Shown: in pieces, positions 46,270-55,495 of the stretch
Layout of the letters: every line of letters begins with the position of its first letter
Numbering within the stretch: position 1 is the first letter of the stretch
Source of the DNA: Gammaproteobacteria bacterium
GTDB taxonomy: Bacteria > Pseudomonadota > Gammaproteobacteria > UWMA-0217
Direction of reading: 5' to 3'
DNA: 64,000 nt
Assembly (NCBI GenBank): GCA_026981985.1
Contig: JALSHZ010000063.1
Coordinates: 2,069 to 66,068, forward strand
Position numbers and translations under genes: made by a program
Notes under the pieces: model-generated
The model's database searches: none
Told to the model about the DNA's origin: nothing
Seen by the model: only the letters and a program-made list of their open reading frames with translations

Positions 46270-47033
46270 TCGATTCGCGTGCAATTATCGATCCGGCAGC
46301 ACGGATCAGCGACGATGTGACGATTGGCCCTTATGCGGTGATCGGGGCCGATGTCGATATCGGCCCCGGCTGCTGGATTGGCCCCCATGTTGTCATCAAT
46401 GGACCCACCAGCATTGGCCGGGACAATCGCATCTACCAATTCTGTTCGATTGGCGAAGCACCGCAGGATCTTAAATACAATGGGGAGCCGACGCGGCTGC
46501 GGATTGGTGAGCGCAATACATTCCGTGAATACTGCACCATCAATCGGGGCACAGTCACTGGCCATGGGGAAACGGTGATCGGCAATGACAACCTGATCAT
46601 GGCGTATGTCCACGTCGCGCACGACTGCATTATCGGCAACAACACCGTATTTTCCAATGGTGCATCACTGGCCGGGCATGTGACGATTGGAGATTATGCG
46701 ATCCTCGGAGGCTTCACCCTTGTGCATCAGTTTAGCGAAATTGGCGCACACGCTTTTACCGGCATGGGTACAGCGCTGAACCGTGATTTGCCACCTTACA
46801 CCATTGCCTCGGGCAACTACGCCCGCGCTATCGGAATCAACAAGGAAGGACTCAAGCGTCGGGGATTTTCCGCAGATGCCATTCGGGCGCTGTCACAGGC
46901 GTTCAAACTGCTGATTCGTGGTCGTGACCGAAACAATGCGCTGGCCGAAGTGCGTGTGCTGGTGGATGAGTTTCCCGACGTGAAGGTGTTCGTCGATTTT
47001 ATCGAGAATAGCGAGCGCGGAATTGTACGCTAA
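46266..47033 (+). CDS. lpxA: Acyl-ACP--UDP-GlcNAc O-acyltransferase
   Basis: TTG start (IDSRAIIDP); PQDLKY, HVAHDC, LAGHV, VHQF. Confidence 0.97.
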   Translation: MIDSRAIIDPAARISDDVTIGPYAVIGADVDIGPGCWIGPHVVINGPTSIGRDNRIYQFCSIGEAPQDLKYNGEPTRLRIGERNTFREYCTINRGTVTGHGETVIGNDNLIMAYVHVAHDCIIGNNTVFSNGASLAGHVTIGDYAILGGFTLVHQFSEIGAHAFTGMGTALNRDLPPYTIASGNYARAIGINKEGLKRRGFSADAIRALSQAFKLLIRGRDRNNALAEVRVLVDEFPDVKVFVDFIENSERGIVR

Positions 47034-47055
47034 GTGTTAGATGGCCATCGGGTTT

Positions 47056-47222
47056 GTAACTGCTCAGTTCACCACTGGAATGCACCATCTCTCCGTCACC
47101 TACAAGGATGTAGGTGACGGGTGTGTGCAGGAGGGGAAGCTTTGGGGAATGCTCATTTACCCTTGTAGACTCACATTTCCCGCCTTGATCTGGCGTATTC
47201 CAGCGGCAATCTGAGCAGTTAT
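47056..47222 (-). repeat. ERIC-like palindromic element, copy 2 (167 bp, 46-bp internal insertion)
   Basis: Reverse complement aligns to 6130-6250 apart from the insert at 47093-47138. Confidence 0.85.
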
Positions 47223-47287
47223 GGTTCTACTCGAGCGAACGCTGAATAGTTACTCGGGTTTTTCTTGGCTACCCGGATAAGTGATTC

Positions 47288-48865
47288 TCAATTACCGCTT
47301 GTTCTGTCTTGAACGTCAGAGGGATATGGCCAGATTTTTCCTTCCAGTCCTCCGAACATGAAAATAATATCGGGATAGGTCCCCCAGTCCCCGGTGAATT
47401 GGTCGAAGCCGCTCGACGTATATTGGGGCCTGGGTGGTGCACCAGGAGCTGTTCTAGAATAAATCGACGTGATATATGGATCTTGATAATAGATATTAGA
47501 TTGCGCCATGAATACGTCAGAGATATTGCCATCACCAAAGCCCCCGGTATTCGTCGTGTTGATGATATTGTCTGGCACATGATCCTTCCCGCTTCCATAT
47601 TTTACGATGGTTCCGTCAACTTGCCCTGCTAGATGCCTTATCACCGCGCGGATACTTTTGGGTGGTTGATCACCTATCGATTCAGTTCCTGCCATACCTT
47701 CAGACGTTGAATAGTCGTAAAGTGATCTGTCACCCATCCGAGCGAGTGCATCGGCTAATGTACACATAGAGCCGAGATATGCCATCGGGTATGAGAAAGC
47801 GTTTGTTGCCCCTGGGCTTGTGCGAATAATATCCACATACGTGCCGTCCGGCCAAACTGAATAGCGCAGCGACTCTCTGAAAAATCTTGCTCCTTTGTCG
47901 GTTAGGATGGGGTCGTTAGTAAGAATCCCAATAATGCCAACAGCGGAAGCTACAACGGATGTGCGATTATTCCATGTGTCATGTATCTGAAAATGTCTAG
48001 GACCTCCTGAGTACAAGAATTCTGGGACGCTAATCTGTCCCGGGCAGTACTTTCCATCACAGAGATATTTGTCGTTGTATCGGTCAGAGAAGGACTGTTC
48101 GATAAACCACTCGATGTGTTTGACGATATAGTTTCCAGCTGTATTCAACCACGCCTCAAAACGTGTTCGGTCGGTTGCTGCCATATCGTTTTTGATCCAC
48201 GAATAGGTGATTGCAATACGTCTTAGCCAAGCAGCTAGAAATTGCTTAGATCCCTGTTCTCGGATGGATTTGGTGCACCATCTGGAGCCGTCAGAAAAAT
48301 CTATCCCAGCGGTTCTGGTATGAGCGAGTAAATATGCTTTCACTTTGTTGAGATATTGTTTGGCATCGCCGTTTTCAGCATAGTCTAATACACGAAATAC
48401 GAAGCCTGCGCTGTTGGCCCACATGCCCTGTGGGCCGTTTAGGTCTGGGTGGTTATCTGATGTTGTATCCCAGCATGAGCGCTTGGTTTGTCCTTCCCAA
48501 GGAAAAGTGTCTTTGGAGCCGTCCAGGAACAGTTGTGCATTGGCGAAGATCCTGGTGTCCCAGTGCTCTTTGTAAGCCCCATTCAAGCGTCGGTTGTTCC
48601 ATACAGCCAGTTCGTCGTCGGTGTAGAATAATCCTGGTGGAACTTGACTAGACTGATGATATGGGTCGGGAACGGCCGATGATGCGCCATCAGAGGTTGA
48701 TGTAGAAGATACTGGTAACGGTGACAATGCTAACGGATCTGTACTAAGCGTATCCGGTGTGTTGCTGTCGGTGGTGCTTGGCAAGAGTCCCGGTCCAGGG
48801 TCGCAAGCAATGAGCATAGAGACAATGGAGAATAACAGAATAATTTGTTTGTATGCTTTCGTCAT
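47288..48865 (-). CDS. Lipoprotein with alginate-lyase-like (alpha/alpha toroid) domain, AT-rich
   Basis: Lipobox LIAC, S/T/P linker; WNNR...AVGIIG...WPDG..D..R...SY...LAD.LAR.G..LY pattern resembling the alginate lyase family. Confidence 0.55.
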   Translation of the reverse strand: MTKAYKQIILLFSIVSMLIACDPGPGLLPSTTDSNTPDTLSTDPLALSPLPVSSTSTSDGASSAVPDPYHQSSQVPPGLFYTDDELAVWNNRRLNGAYKEHWDTRIFANAQLFLDGSKDTFPWEGQTKRSCWDTTSDNHPDLNGPQGMWANSAGFVFRVLDYAENGDAKQYLNKVKAYLLAHTRTAGIDFSDGSRWCTKSIREQGSKQFLAAWLRRIAITYSWIKNDMAATDRTRFEAWLNTAGNYIVKHIEWFIEQSFSDRYNDKYLCDGKYCPGQISVPEFLYSGGPRHFQIHDTWNNRTSVVASAVGIIGILTNDPILTDKGARFFRESLRYSVWPDGTYVDIIRTSPGATNAFSYPMAYLGSMCTLADALARMGDRSLYDYSTSEGMAGTESIGDQPPKSIRAVIRHLAGQVDGTIVKYGSGKDHVPDNIINTTNTGGFGDGNISDVFMAQSNIYYQDPYITSIYSRTAPGAPPRPQYTSSGFDQFTGDWGTYPDIIFMFGGLEGKIWPYPSDVQDRTSGN

Positions 48866-49164
48866 ATGCCTCACAGTTTTGCGCGAGTTGAAATTGATGC
48901 AAGAAATTGCAGAGCGCGGGGTATTAGGCCGATCCATGCAGCGTACTGGCGAAAGTCGGGCGATGGAGCCAGTATAGCTATTCGAAGCTCTGAATCGTTG
49001 ATAACAATGGTTGTCGGTGTTGGCGAGAGCCGCTGCCCGTACTGTTTATTTGTTTCACTGTAGTTTTCTCCCTGTTTCTGGTGCGCCTGCCCAAGCACAA
49101 TTATTGTTGTTTGTGGCGGTGGTCAGCGGCTGACTACCTTTGCTCGAGCAGCTTACATGAGGAA

Positions 49165-49241
49165 TGGCGTCCCCGGCAGGAATCGAACCTGCAACCTACG
49201 CCTTAGGAGGGCGTCGCGCTATCCAGTTGTGCCACGGGGAC
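49165..49241 (-). tRNA. tRNA-Arg (CCT)
   Basis: Minus strand GTCCCCGTGGCACAACTGGATAGC...ACGCC-CT CCT AA-GGCGT...GTTCGATTCC...GGGGACGCCA. Confidence 0.96.
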
Positions 49242-49363
49242 CAAGTGGGCGTATTGTAGCAGTTCGGTGATTCCAGATAAAACCGGTCGGATTTGCTGCT
49301 GGTTACACTGATAAGCAGCGCGTCCTGGTTTTGGCGGTATGCGTCTTGCTTGTTTGCCATGCA

Positions 49364-49921
49364 CTACAGGTCGTGAACCGTGCGCAAGTGATCAAGTAAC
49401 CCACCAGCGGCTTTCTCAACCAGATCAAGTACGCGTTCGAATTCGTTTGCTCCGCCAGAGTAGGGATCGGGGACTTCTCTTCCCTTGCGGCCTGCTGGGT
49501 CGAAATCAAGAAAAAGTCGGAGTTTGCTCCAGCAGGATTTTGGCACGACACTGCGGACGTCGAGCATATTGGTTTCGTCCATGACCAGAATATAGTCGAA
49601 GCGCTCACAATCAATGGCTTCGACTAACCGTGCCCTGTACTCACTTAGATCATAGCCGCGTTCTTTGGCAGCGGTCTGTGCGCGCGAATCAGGTGGTCTT
49701 CCAACATGGTAGGAGATTGTACCCGCTGAATCGATACCAATTTTGTCTTCTAGCCCGGCTTCCTTGACCAAGCGTGAAAACACGCCTTGTGCGGTAGGTG
49801 ATCGGCAAATGTTACCCATGCAGACAAACAGCACCGAAACTGTCTTCCCTTCAACCAGCGTCGCGGGATCGATGGGTGTGTCTGGATTCTTCTTCGGTTT
49901 GGAGCGCCTGAACAGTCCCAT
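49364..49921 (-). CDS. Low molecular weight protein-tyrosine phosphatase
   Basis: VLFVCMGNICRSPTA P-loop; VPDPY. Confidence 0.95.
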   Translation of the reverse strand: MGLFRRSKPKKNPDTPIDPATLVEGKTVSVLFVCMGNICRSPTAQGVFSRLVKEAGLEDKIGIDSAGTISYHVGRPPDSRAQTAAKERGYDLSEYRARLVEAIDCERFDYILVMDETNMLDVRSVVPKSCWSKLRLFLDFDPAGRKGREVPDPYSGGANEFERVLDLVEKAAGGLLDHLRTVHDL

Positions 49922-50105
49922 TGTATTGCATACCTGCAGCGAGAGAAGGCGGTTATTCTGAGCCTTCGGCGTATGGCTATCAAGCATGTATGGTTGATCG
50001 GTGTAGCGATTCGTTTATGAGCTGTGACAGTGGTCGCAAGTCAGGGCCAGTCAGACTGCAACATCTCTCCAATACAGGTCTGCAAGCAGCCAATGAGGGG
50101 GGTGA

Positions 50106-50879
50106 TCAATCGCTGGATATCGGTCTTTCCATCATTGTCGCAGCATTGATCCACAGGCTGATAATCGATGCGCCCGGCGTGGTCGATAAAAGTTGCCGTT
50201 CGGCGTTGATGCGCTTCAGTTTAAGTGCCAACCGGTAGGCCTGTTTAGCCGCCATATCCGCGACAGAGTGGACGCCGCTGGCTTGGAGCAGATTGGCGAC
50301 GGGGCTGCTGATGCCTGGAATGCGTAGTAAGTCGGCAATTTCGCCGAGGCGGATCAATTCGGCTTCTTGCAAGCCGGTCTGTGCGAGCAGTGACGCTTTG
50401 CCATCGCTGCTTGCGATATGGCTGAGCAGCTGAGCCGTTGTTTCGATACCGAGTCTTTGAAACATCGCGAGCTGTTCGTTGCTGAGATCTCCCAGGTCTG
50501 CGAGTGGATGGCTGCCAGCCCGTGAATCGATGCTATCGATACGCGATTGCAGCTGCTGGTTGGTTTGTTCCAATATTTGCAGGCGCCGTAAAATGGCATC
50601 GAGATCACTCTCAGGATGTGTTGTGATAACGCCTTCACTGTTATCCATCAAGCGTGCATTGAGGTCGTGGTTGGCCGATTCGAGCTGCTCTGCCCGAACG
50701 AACAGCTCGTCCCGTTCTCTTTCAATACGGCGTAAATGCTCATGGCAGCTATCCAGCTCCATTTGCAGTGAACGATGGCGGTTGCCAAGCACCAGTGTTC
50801 GCAACTGCCAGCCAATCAGCAGTCCAATCAGTGCCGCCAGGACGAGGCAAAGCAGCATTTTCGTCACCAGATAGATCAT
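50106..50879 (-). CDS. Membrane-anchored coiled-coil protein with DUF4332-like helix-hairpin-helix C-terminus
   Basis: N-terminal TM, coiled coil, ADLLRIPGI...LLQASGVHSVADMA. Confidence 0.7.
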   Translation of the reverse strand: MIYLVTKMLLCLVLAALIGLLIGWQLRTLVLGNRHRSLQMELDSCHEHLRRIERERDELFVRAEQLESANHDLNARLMDNSEGVITTHPESDLDAILRRLQILEQTNQQLQSRIDSIDSRAGSHPLADLGDLSNEQLAMFQRLGIETTAQLLSHIASSDGKASLLAQTGLQEAELIRLGEIADLLRIPGISSPVANLLQASGVHSVADMAAKQAYRLALKLKRINAERQLLSTTPGASIISLWINAATMMERPISSD

Positions 50880-51658
50880 GGCTCTTTTCCTTGGAGGTCG
50901 TTCCGGGGTACCGATTGGAACTCGAATGTGATTCTGCGATTGGCTTCGCGACCAGCTGCAGTAGTGTTGTCGGCAATTGGTTCGCTTTCCCCTTTACCAA
51001 GCGCTTGCAGGCGTCGGGGCGGTATACCGAGCTTGGTGAGTTGCTTGGCGACAGCCGTGGCACGTGCCTGGCTGAGCGCGAGATTGTCCTTGGCGCGGCC
51101 AATGCTGTCGGTGTGACCGACAATGTGTAGTATTTGCTGTGGGCATTGCTGTAATAAATCGGCTATCTGGTGCAATAGTGACAGCGAACCAGGAGCGAGT
51201 TCATCGCTGCCAAGTGAGAAATGCAACTTGCGGTCACCGGTGATTGCCTCCAGTTCGCTTTGGCATTGCTCATGCAGTGCTGATGTTTGGGCTGTGGCAG
51301 CCTCATCGGTGGTTGCGGTGGCTTCTTCCGGCGAGGCTGTTGCGTCGGACCGGGCGTCAGTTGGCGGGGCGCTCGGCTTATGTAGTTGCAGTTCGTCGTG
51401 AATCTGTCGGATGCCCCAGACGTTGGCGATAGATTCGACTGCCAGTATGCGCTGATCGTCGCTCGTGATGGTGCCACGTAGGGTGATGTCTTGACCATCG
51501 ACGCTGATATTTAGCTGATCCAGCCCGGCATAACCCAGCGCTGCGGCGCTGCGATGGTTCAGATCAGCCTCGATATCCGCCGATTCGATGGTGATGCAGT
51601 ACCACGACAGGATGCCGAGCAACAGTAGTTCGAGAAGAATCAGCAAAGGTTGTGACAT
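50876..51658 (-). CDS. BON + OmpA-like peptidoglycan-binding protein
   Basis: VDGQDITLRG...GIRQIHDEL (BON); GHTDSIG..NLALSQARA...NRRI (OmpA C-terminal). Confidence 0.88.
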   Translation of the reverse strand: MSQPLLILLELLLLGILSWYCITIESADIEADLNHRSAAALGYAGLDQLNISVDGQDITLRGTITSDDQRILAVESIANVWGIRQIHDELQLHKPSAPPTDARSDATASPEEATATTDEAATAQTSALHEQCQSELEAITGDRKLHFSLGSDELAPGSLSLLHQIADLLQQCPQQILHIVGHTDSIGRAKDNLALSQARATAVAKQLTKLGIPPRRLQALGKGESEPIADNTTAAGREANRRITFEFQSVPRNDLQGKEP

Positions 51659-51866
51659 GGAATAGCGGTGCCGTGGGATCGGGGTTGCTGCTATAGACAG
51701 GTGGATGAGCCCAATGGTTCCCGTCACAGAGGCCATTGCCTTGCCGCCTCTGGAGTAGCCAAGAGAAGCAGTTACTCCACACACTATATAGGGTGGTTGC
51801 CACTTACGCCGATCGCAAAAAGTAGTATAATCGCGCTCCAATTCTGGTCATGCCCTGGAGGCGCGA

Positions 51867-53123
51867 ATGTTCTCAGCAGATATGAAGATAGCCGGCTACG
51901 ATGATGAGCTGTGGAGTGCAATGGACAACGAAGCCCGTCGTCAGGAAGAGCACATCGAGCTGATCGCGTCGGAAAACTACACCAGCCCCCGCGTCATGGA
52001 AGCGCAGGGTTCGGTGCTGACGAACAAGTACGCTGAGGGCTATCCCGGCAAGCGTTACTATGGCGGTTGCGAGTATGTGGATATCGCCGAGCAGTTGGCG
52101 ATCGATCGCGTAAAGGCCTTGTTTGGTGCCGACTATGCCAATGTCCAGCCGCATTCGGGTTCGCAGGCAAATGCTGCTGTCTATCTGGCATTGCTATCGC
52201 CGGGCGACACCATTTTAGGCATGAGTCTTGCGCATGGTGGCCATCTGACCCATGGCGCCAAGGTGAATTTTTCCGGAAAGATCTTCAACGCGATCCAGTA
52301 TGGTCTTGATACTGATACTGGTGAGATCGACTATGCCGAGGTTGAGCGGCTCGCAAAGGAGCACCAGCCGAAAATGATCGTAGCCGGGTTTTCCGCCTAT
52401 TCCCGTGTCGTCGACTGGCAGCGTTTTCGTGACATTGCGGACGAAGTGGGCGCCTGGCTGTTTGTCGATATGGCGCATGTGGCCGGTCTGATTGCGGCTG
52501 GTGTCTATCCAAGCCCAGTGGGCATCGCCGATGTGACGACCTCGACGACGCACAAGACGCTGCGCGGTCCTCGCGGTGGCATTATTTTGGCAAAGTCCAA
52601 CCCCGATATTGAAAAGAAGCTCAACTCGCTAGTGTTTCCTGGTACTCAGGGCGGGCCATTGATGCACGTCATTGCCGCCAAGGCCGTGGCGTTCAAGGAG
52701 GCGCTTGAGCCTGACTTCAAAGACTACCAGGCGCAGGTGGTTCGCAATGCCAGGGCCATGGCCGAAACCATGATGTCACGGGGATATAACATTGTTTCCG
52801 GGGGTACCGACAACCATCTCTTTCTGGTCGATCTGATCGATAAGCCGATGAACGGCAAGGAAGCGGACGCTGCGCTGGGCAGCGCAAACATTACCGTGAA
52901 CAAGAATTCAGTGCCGAATGATCCTGAATCACCGTTTGTTACCAGTGGTATCCGTATCGGCTCACCAGCAATCACTACACGCGGTTTCAATGAAGATGAC
53001 TCGCGCCAGTTGGCGGGTTGGATCTGTGATGTACTCGATAACATCGGTGACGAAAAAGTGATTGCCGAAGTGAAGCAGAAGGTACTCGCGATCTGCGCCA
53101 GATTGCCGGTTTACCGGAAGTAG
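51867..53123 (+). CDS. glyA: Serine hydroxymethyltransferase
   Basis: [34 protein letters not shown]. Confidence 0.99.
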   Translation: MFSADMKIAGYDDELWSAMDNEARRQEEHIELIASENYTSPRVMEAQGSVLTNKYAEGYPGKRYYGGCEYVDIAEQLAIDRVKALFGADYANVQPHSGSQANAAVYLALLSPGDTILGMSLAHGGHLTHGAKVNFSGKIFNAIQYGLDTDTGEIDYAEVERLAKEHQPKMIVAGFSAYSRVVDWQRFRDIADEVGAWLFVDMAHVAGLIAAGVYPSPVGIADVTTSTTHKTLRGPRGGIILAKSNPDIEKKLNSLVFPGTQGGPLMHVIAAKAVAFKEALEPDFKDYQAQVVRNARAMAETMMSRGYNIVSGGTDNHLFLVDLIDKPMNGKEADAALGSANITVNKNSVPNDPESPFVTSGIRIGSPAITTRGFNEDDSRQLAGWICDVLDNIGDEKVIAEVKQKVLAICARLPVYRK

Positions 53124-53133
53124 CGTTTCCGTC

Positions 53134-53631
53134 ATGCGCTGCCCATTCTGCAATGCGACAGAGACCAAAGTCATTGACTCGCGTCTGGCGAACGAGGGTT
53201 CCCAGGTACGGCGACGGCGCGAGTGTCTGGAATGTTCAGAACGCTTCACGACCTATGAAACCGCCGAACTGAAGTTGCCACGCGTGGTCAAGCGCGATGG
53301 TCGCCGCGAGGCCTTCGACGAGCATAAGCTCCGCAGCGGCATCGAGCGATCGCTGGAAAAGCGACCGGTACGAACCGAAGACATCGATGCCGCTGTCTCA
53401 CGCATCAAGCACAAGCTCCTCAGCAGTGAGCGTGAGGTGTCGTCTTCGCGGCTTGGCGAATGGGTCATGGAGGAGTTGCGCAACCTCGATCAGATTGCCT
53501 ATATCCGCTTTGCCTCGGTCTACCTGAGCTTCGACGATATGGACGCGTTCCGCGAAACCATCGAACGCCTGGAGCGAGATCTGTCTCCTGAGGCGCGCAA
53601 ACATCAGATTTCCTTTCTGGATACCGAATAG
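53134..53631 (+). CDS. nrdR: Transcriptional repressor NrdR
   Basis: MRCPFC...VIDSR...[15 protein letters not shown]; ATP cone; AYIRFASVY. Confidence 0.98.
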   Translation: MRCPFCNATETKVIDSRLANEGSQVRRRRECLECSERFTTYETAELKLPRVVKRDGRREAFDEHKLRSGIERSLEKRPVRTEDIDAAVSRIKHKLLSSEREVSSSRLGEWVMEELRNLDQIAYIRFASVYLSFDDMDAFRETIERLERDLSPEARKHQISFLDTE

Positions 53632-53633
53632 CA

Positions 53634-54749
53634 GTGCCTTTCTCCGCTATTGACCACGCGATGATGGCACGGGCGCTACGTCTTGCGCGGCGCGGATGCT
53701 ACACAACCCAACCCAATCCGCGTGTGGGCTGCGTGCTGACGCGCGATGGCGACATTGTCGGTGAAGGGTTCCACGAATACGCAGGCGGACCGCATGCCGA
53801 GATCAATGCATTGGCGCAGGCCGGGGATTGGGCACGTGGTGCCACCGCTTATGTCACGCTGGAGCCGTGCAGCCATACCGGCAAGACCGAACCCTGTTCA
53901 CAGGCATTGATTGAAGCAAAAGTGCAGCGCGTCATTGCCGCGATGGAAGACCCCAATCCCCTGGTCTCCGGTCGGGGTTTGCAACAGCTACGAGAGTCTG
54001 GCATTGACGCAAGCTCAGGTTTGATGGCCGATGAGGCAGCAGCACTGAATCCGGGCTTTATCAAACGCATGCGTGAGGGCATGCCGTGGGTGAGACTGAA
54101 AATGGCCGCCAGTCTCGATGGCCGTACCGCCATGGCATCGGGTGAGAGCAAGTGGATTACTGGCACGGCTGCGCGACAAGATGTGCAGCGCCTGCGGGCT
54201 CGCAGTGATGCTATTCTCACTGGAGTCGGCACGGTGCTCGCCGATGATCCATCGATGAATGTCAGGCTCGGCAAAGACGAGCTTGGCATTCAACGCGCCC
54301 CACATCAGCCACTGCGCGTGGTGCTCGATACCGATTTGCAAACGCCGCCAGCGGCGCGGATCTTCGGTGAAGATGGTCGTCTGATCATCCTCCACGACAG
54401 TGATGAGCGCGATCGACAGCAGGCGCTCGAAGACAAGGGGGCGGAACTCGTTCAGATGCCACGCGTCGATGGTCGACTCGATCTGCATCGGGTGTTGCAG
54501 TGGTTGGCCAAACGGGAAGTGAACGAATGCCATGTCGAGGCTGGCTCCGTACTCGCGGGTGCATTGTTACGCGCGGCGCTGGTGGATGAACTGATCATCT
54601 ATATGGCACCGCATCTGATGGGTGATGCGGCACGCGGGATTGCTGCAATCCCGGGCCTGCTGACGATGTCCGATCGTATTGCGGTCGAGATCGACGATAT
54701 CGTGGCGGTGGGTAAGGACTGGCGCATCACGGCGAAGGTGGCGAGGTAG
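53634..54749 (+). CDS. ribD: Riboflavin biosynthesis deaminase/reductase
   Basis: PNPRVGC, HAE, TLEPCSH, SLDGRTA, SKWITG. Confidence 0.97.
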   Translation: MPFSAIDHAMMARALRLARRGCYTTQPNPRVGCVLTRDGDIVGEGFHEYAGGPHAEINALAQAGDWARGATAYVTLEPCSHTGKTEPCSQALIEAKVQRVIAAMEDPNPLVSGRGLQQLRESGIDASSGLMADEAAALNPGFIKRMREGMPWVRLKMAASLDGRTAMASGESKWITGTAARQDVQRLRARSDAILTGVGTVLADDPSMNVRLGKDELGIQRAPHQPLRVVLDTDLQTPPAARIFGEDGRLIILHDSDERDRQQALEDKGAELVQMPRVDGRLDLHRVLQWLAKREVNECHVEAGSVLAGALLRAALVDELIIYMAPHLMGDAARGIAAIPGLLTMSDRIAVEIDDIVAVGKDWRITAKVAR

Positions 54750-54752
54750 TCG

Positions 54753-55325
54753 ATGTCAACGATCGTTGTGGTAAGAAAGAATGGCACCGCCTGTATCGCG
54801 GCCGACACGCTGACCACCTTTGGCGATACGCGCCAGTCGGCAGCGTTCGATGCGGCCAGCGACAAGATTTTCAGCTGTGCACAAAGCCATATTGGCATTG
54901 TCGGCAGCGCCGCGCATCAGATGGTGCTGGAAAGTGCCTGCGAGCAGGTCGGCACGCTCGACTTTCTCGGCCGCCGTGCGATTTTCGAAAGTTTTCTGCA
55001 ATTGCATTCGGTGCTGAAGGAGAAGTACTTTCTCAACCCAAAGGAAGACGAGGATGATGCCTACGAGTCGACACAAATCGATGCCTTGCTCATCAATCGT
55101 CGTGGCATCTTCGGTGTCTTCTCATTGCGCGAAGTCTTTGAATACACGCGCTTCTGGTCGATCGGTGCTGGCTCGGAATTTGCGCTCGGTGCAATGCATG
55201 CGCTCTATGAGCGTCTGGAGACCGCCGAGGAGATTGCCAAAGCGGCGCTAGCCGCCAGTGCGGAATTCAACAGTACCACCGCGCTGCCACTGACCTGCTA
55301 CAGTGTGCAACTTGAGGAATCGTAA
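54753..55325 (+). CDS. Proteasome-beta/HslV-like Ntn hydrolase (BPH-like)
   Basis: MSTIVVVRK...IAADTLTTFG...DKI; WSIGAGSEFALGAM. Confidence 0.75.
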   Translation: MSTIVVVRKNGTACIAADTLTTFGDTRQSAAFDAASDKIFSCAQSHIGIVGSAAHQMVLESACEQVGTLDFLGRRAIFESFLQLHSVLKEKYFLNPKEDEDDAYESTQIDALLINRRGIFGVFSLREVFEYTRFWSIGAGSEFALGAMHALYERLETAEEIAKAALAASAEFNSTTALPLTCYSVQLEES

Positions 55326-55442
55326 CTGCTCAGCTTACCCCCTTATTTGCGTCAACTCTGCGTTGGAAGTGCTCATTTACACTTGTAAACTCCGCGCTTC
55401 CGCCTTGATTTGACGCAAAACGGGGGCAATCCGAGCCGTTAC
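55322..55442 (-). repeat. ERIC-like palindromic element, copy 3 (121 bp)
   Basis: GTAACTGCTCAG...CCGAGCCGTTAC termini; core CTCATTTAC-actt-GTAAACTCC and CCGCCTTGAT shared with the other copies. Confidence 0.85.
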
Positions 55443-55495
55443 CTAACCTCGCTGAGTAGTTACGAGGAATCACAACCGGAGGTACTGCTAACCTG

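Noticed and set aside
47191-47211. Possible att duplication of the tRNA-Arg 3' end (TGGCGT...)
   Set aside because: Only about 6 nt match, and it lies within the repeat arm
55326-55495. FMN riboswitch upstream of ribE
   Set aside because: No RFN consensus; the region is occupied by the palindromic element
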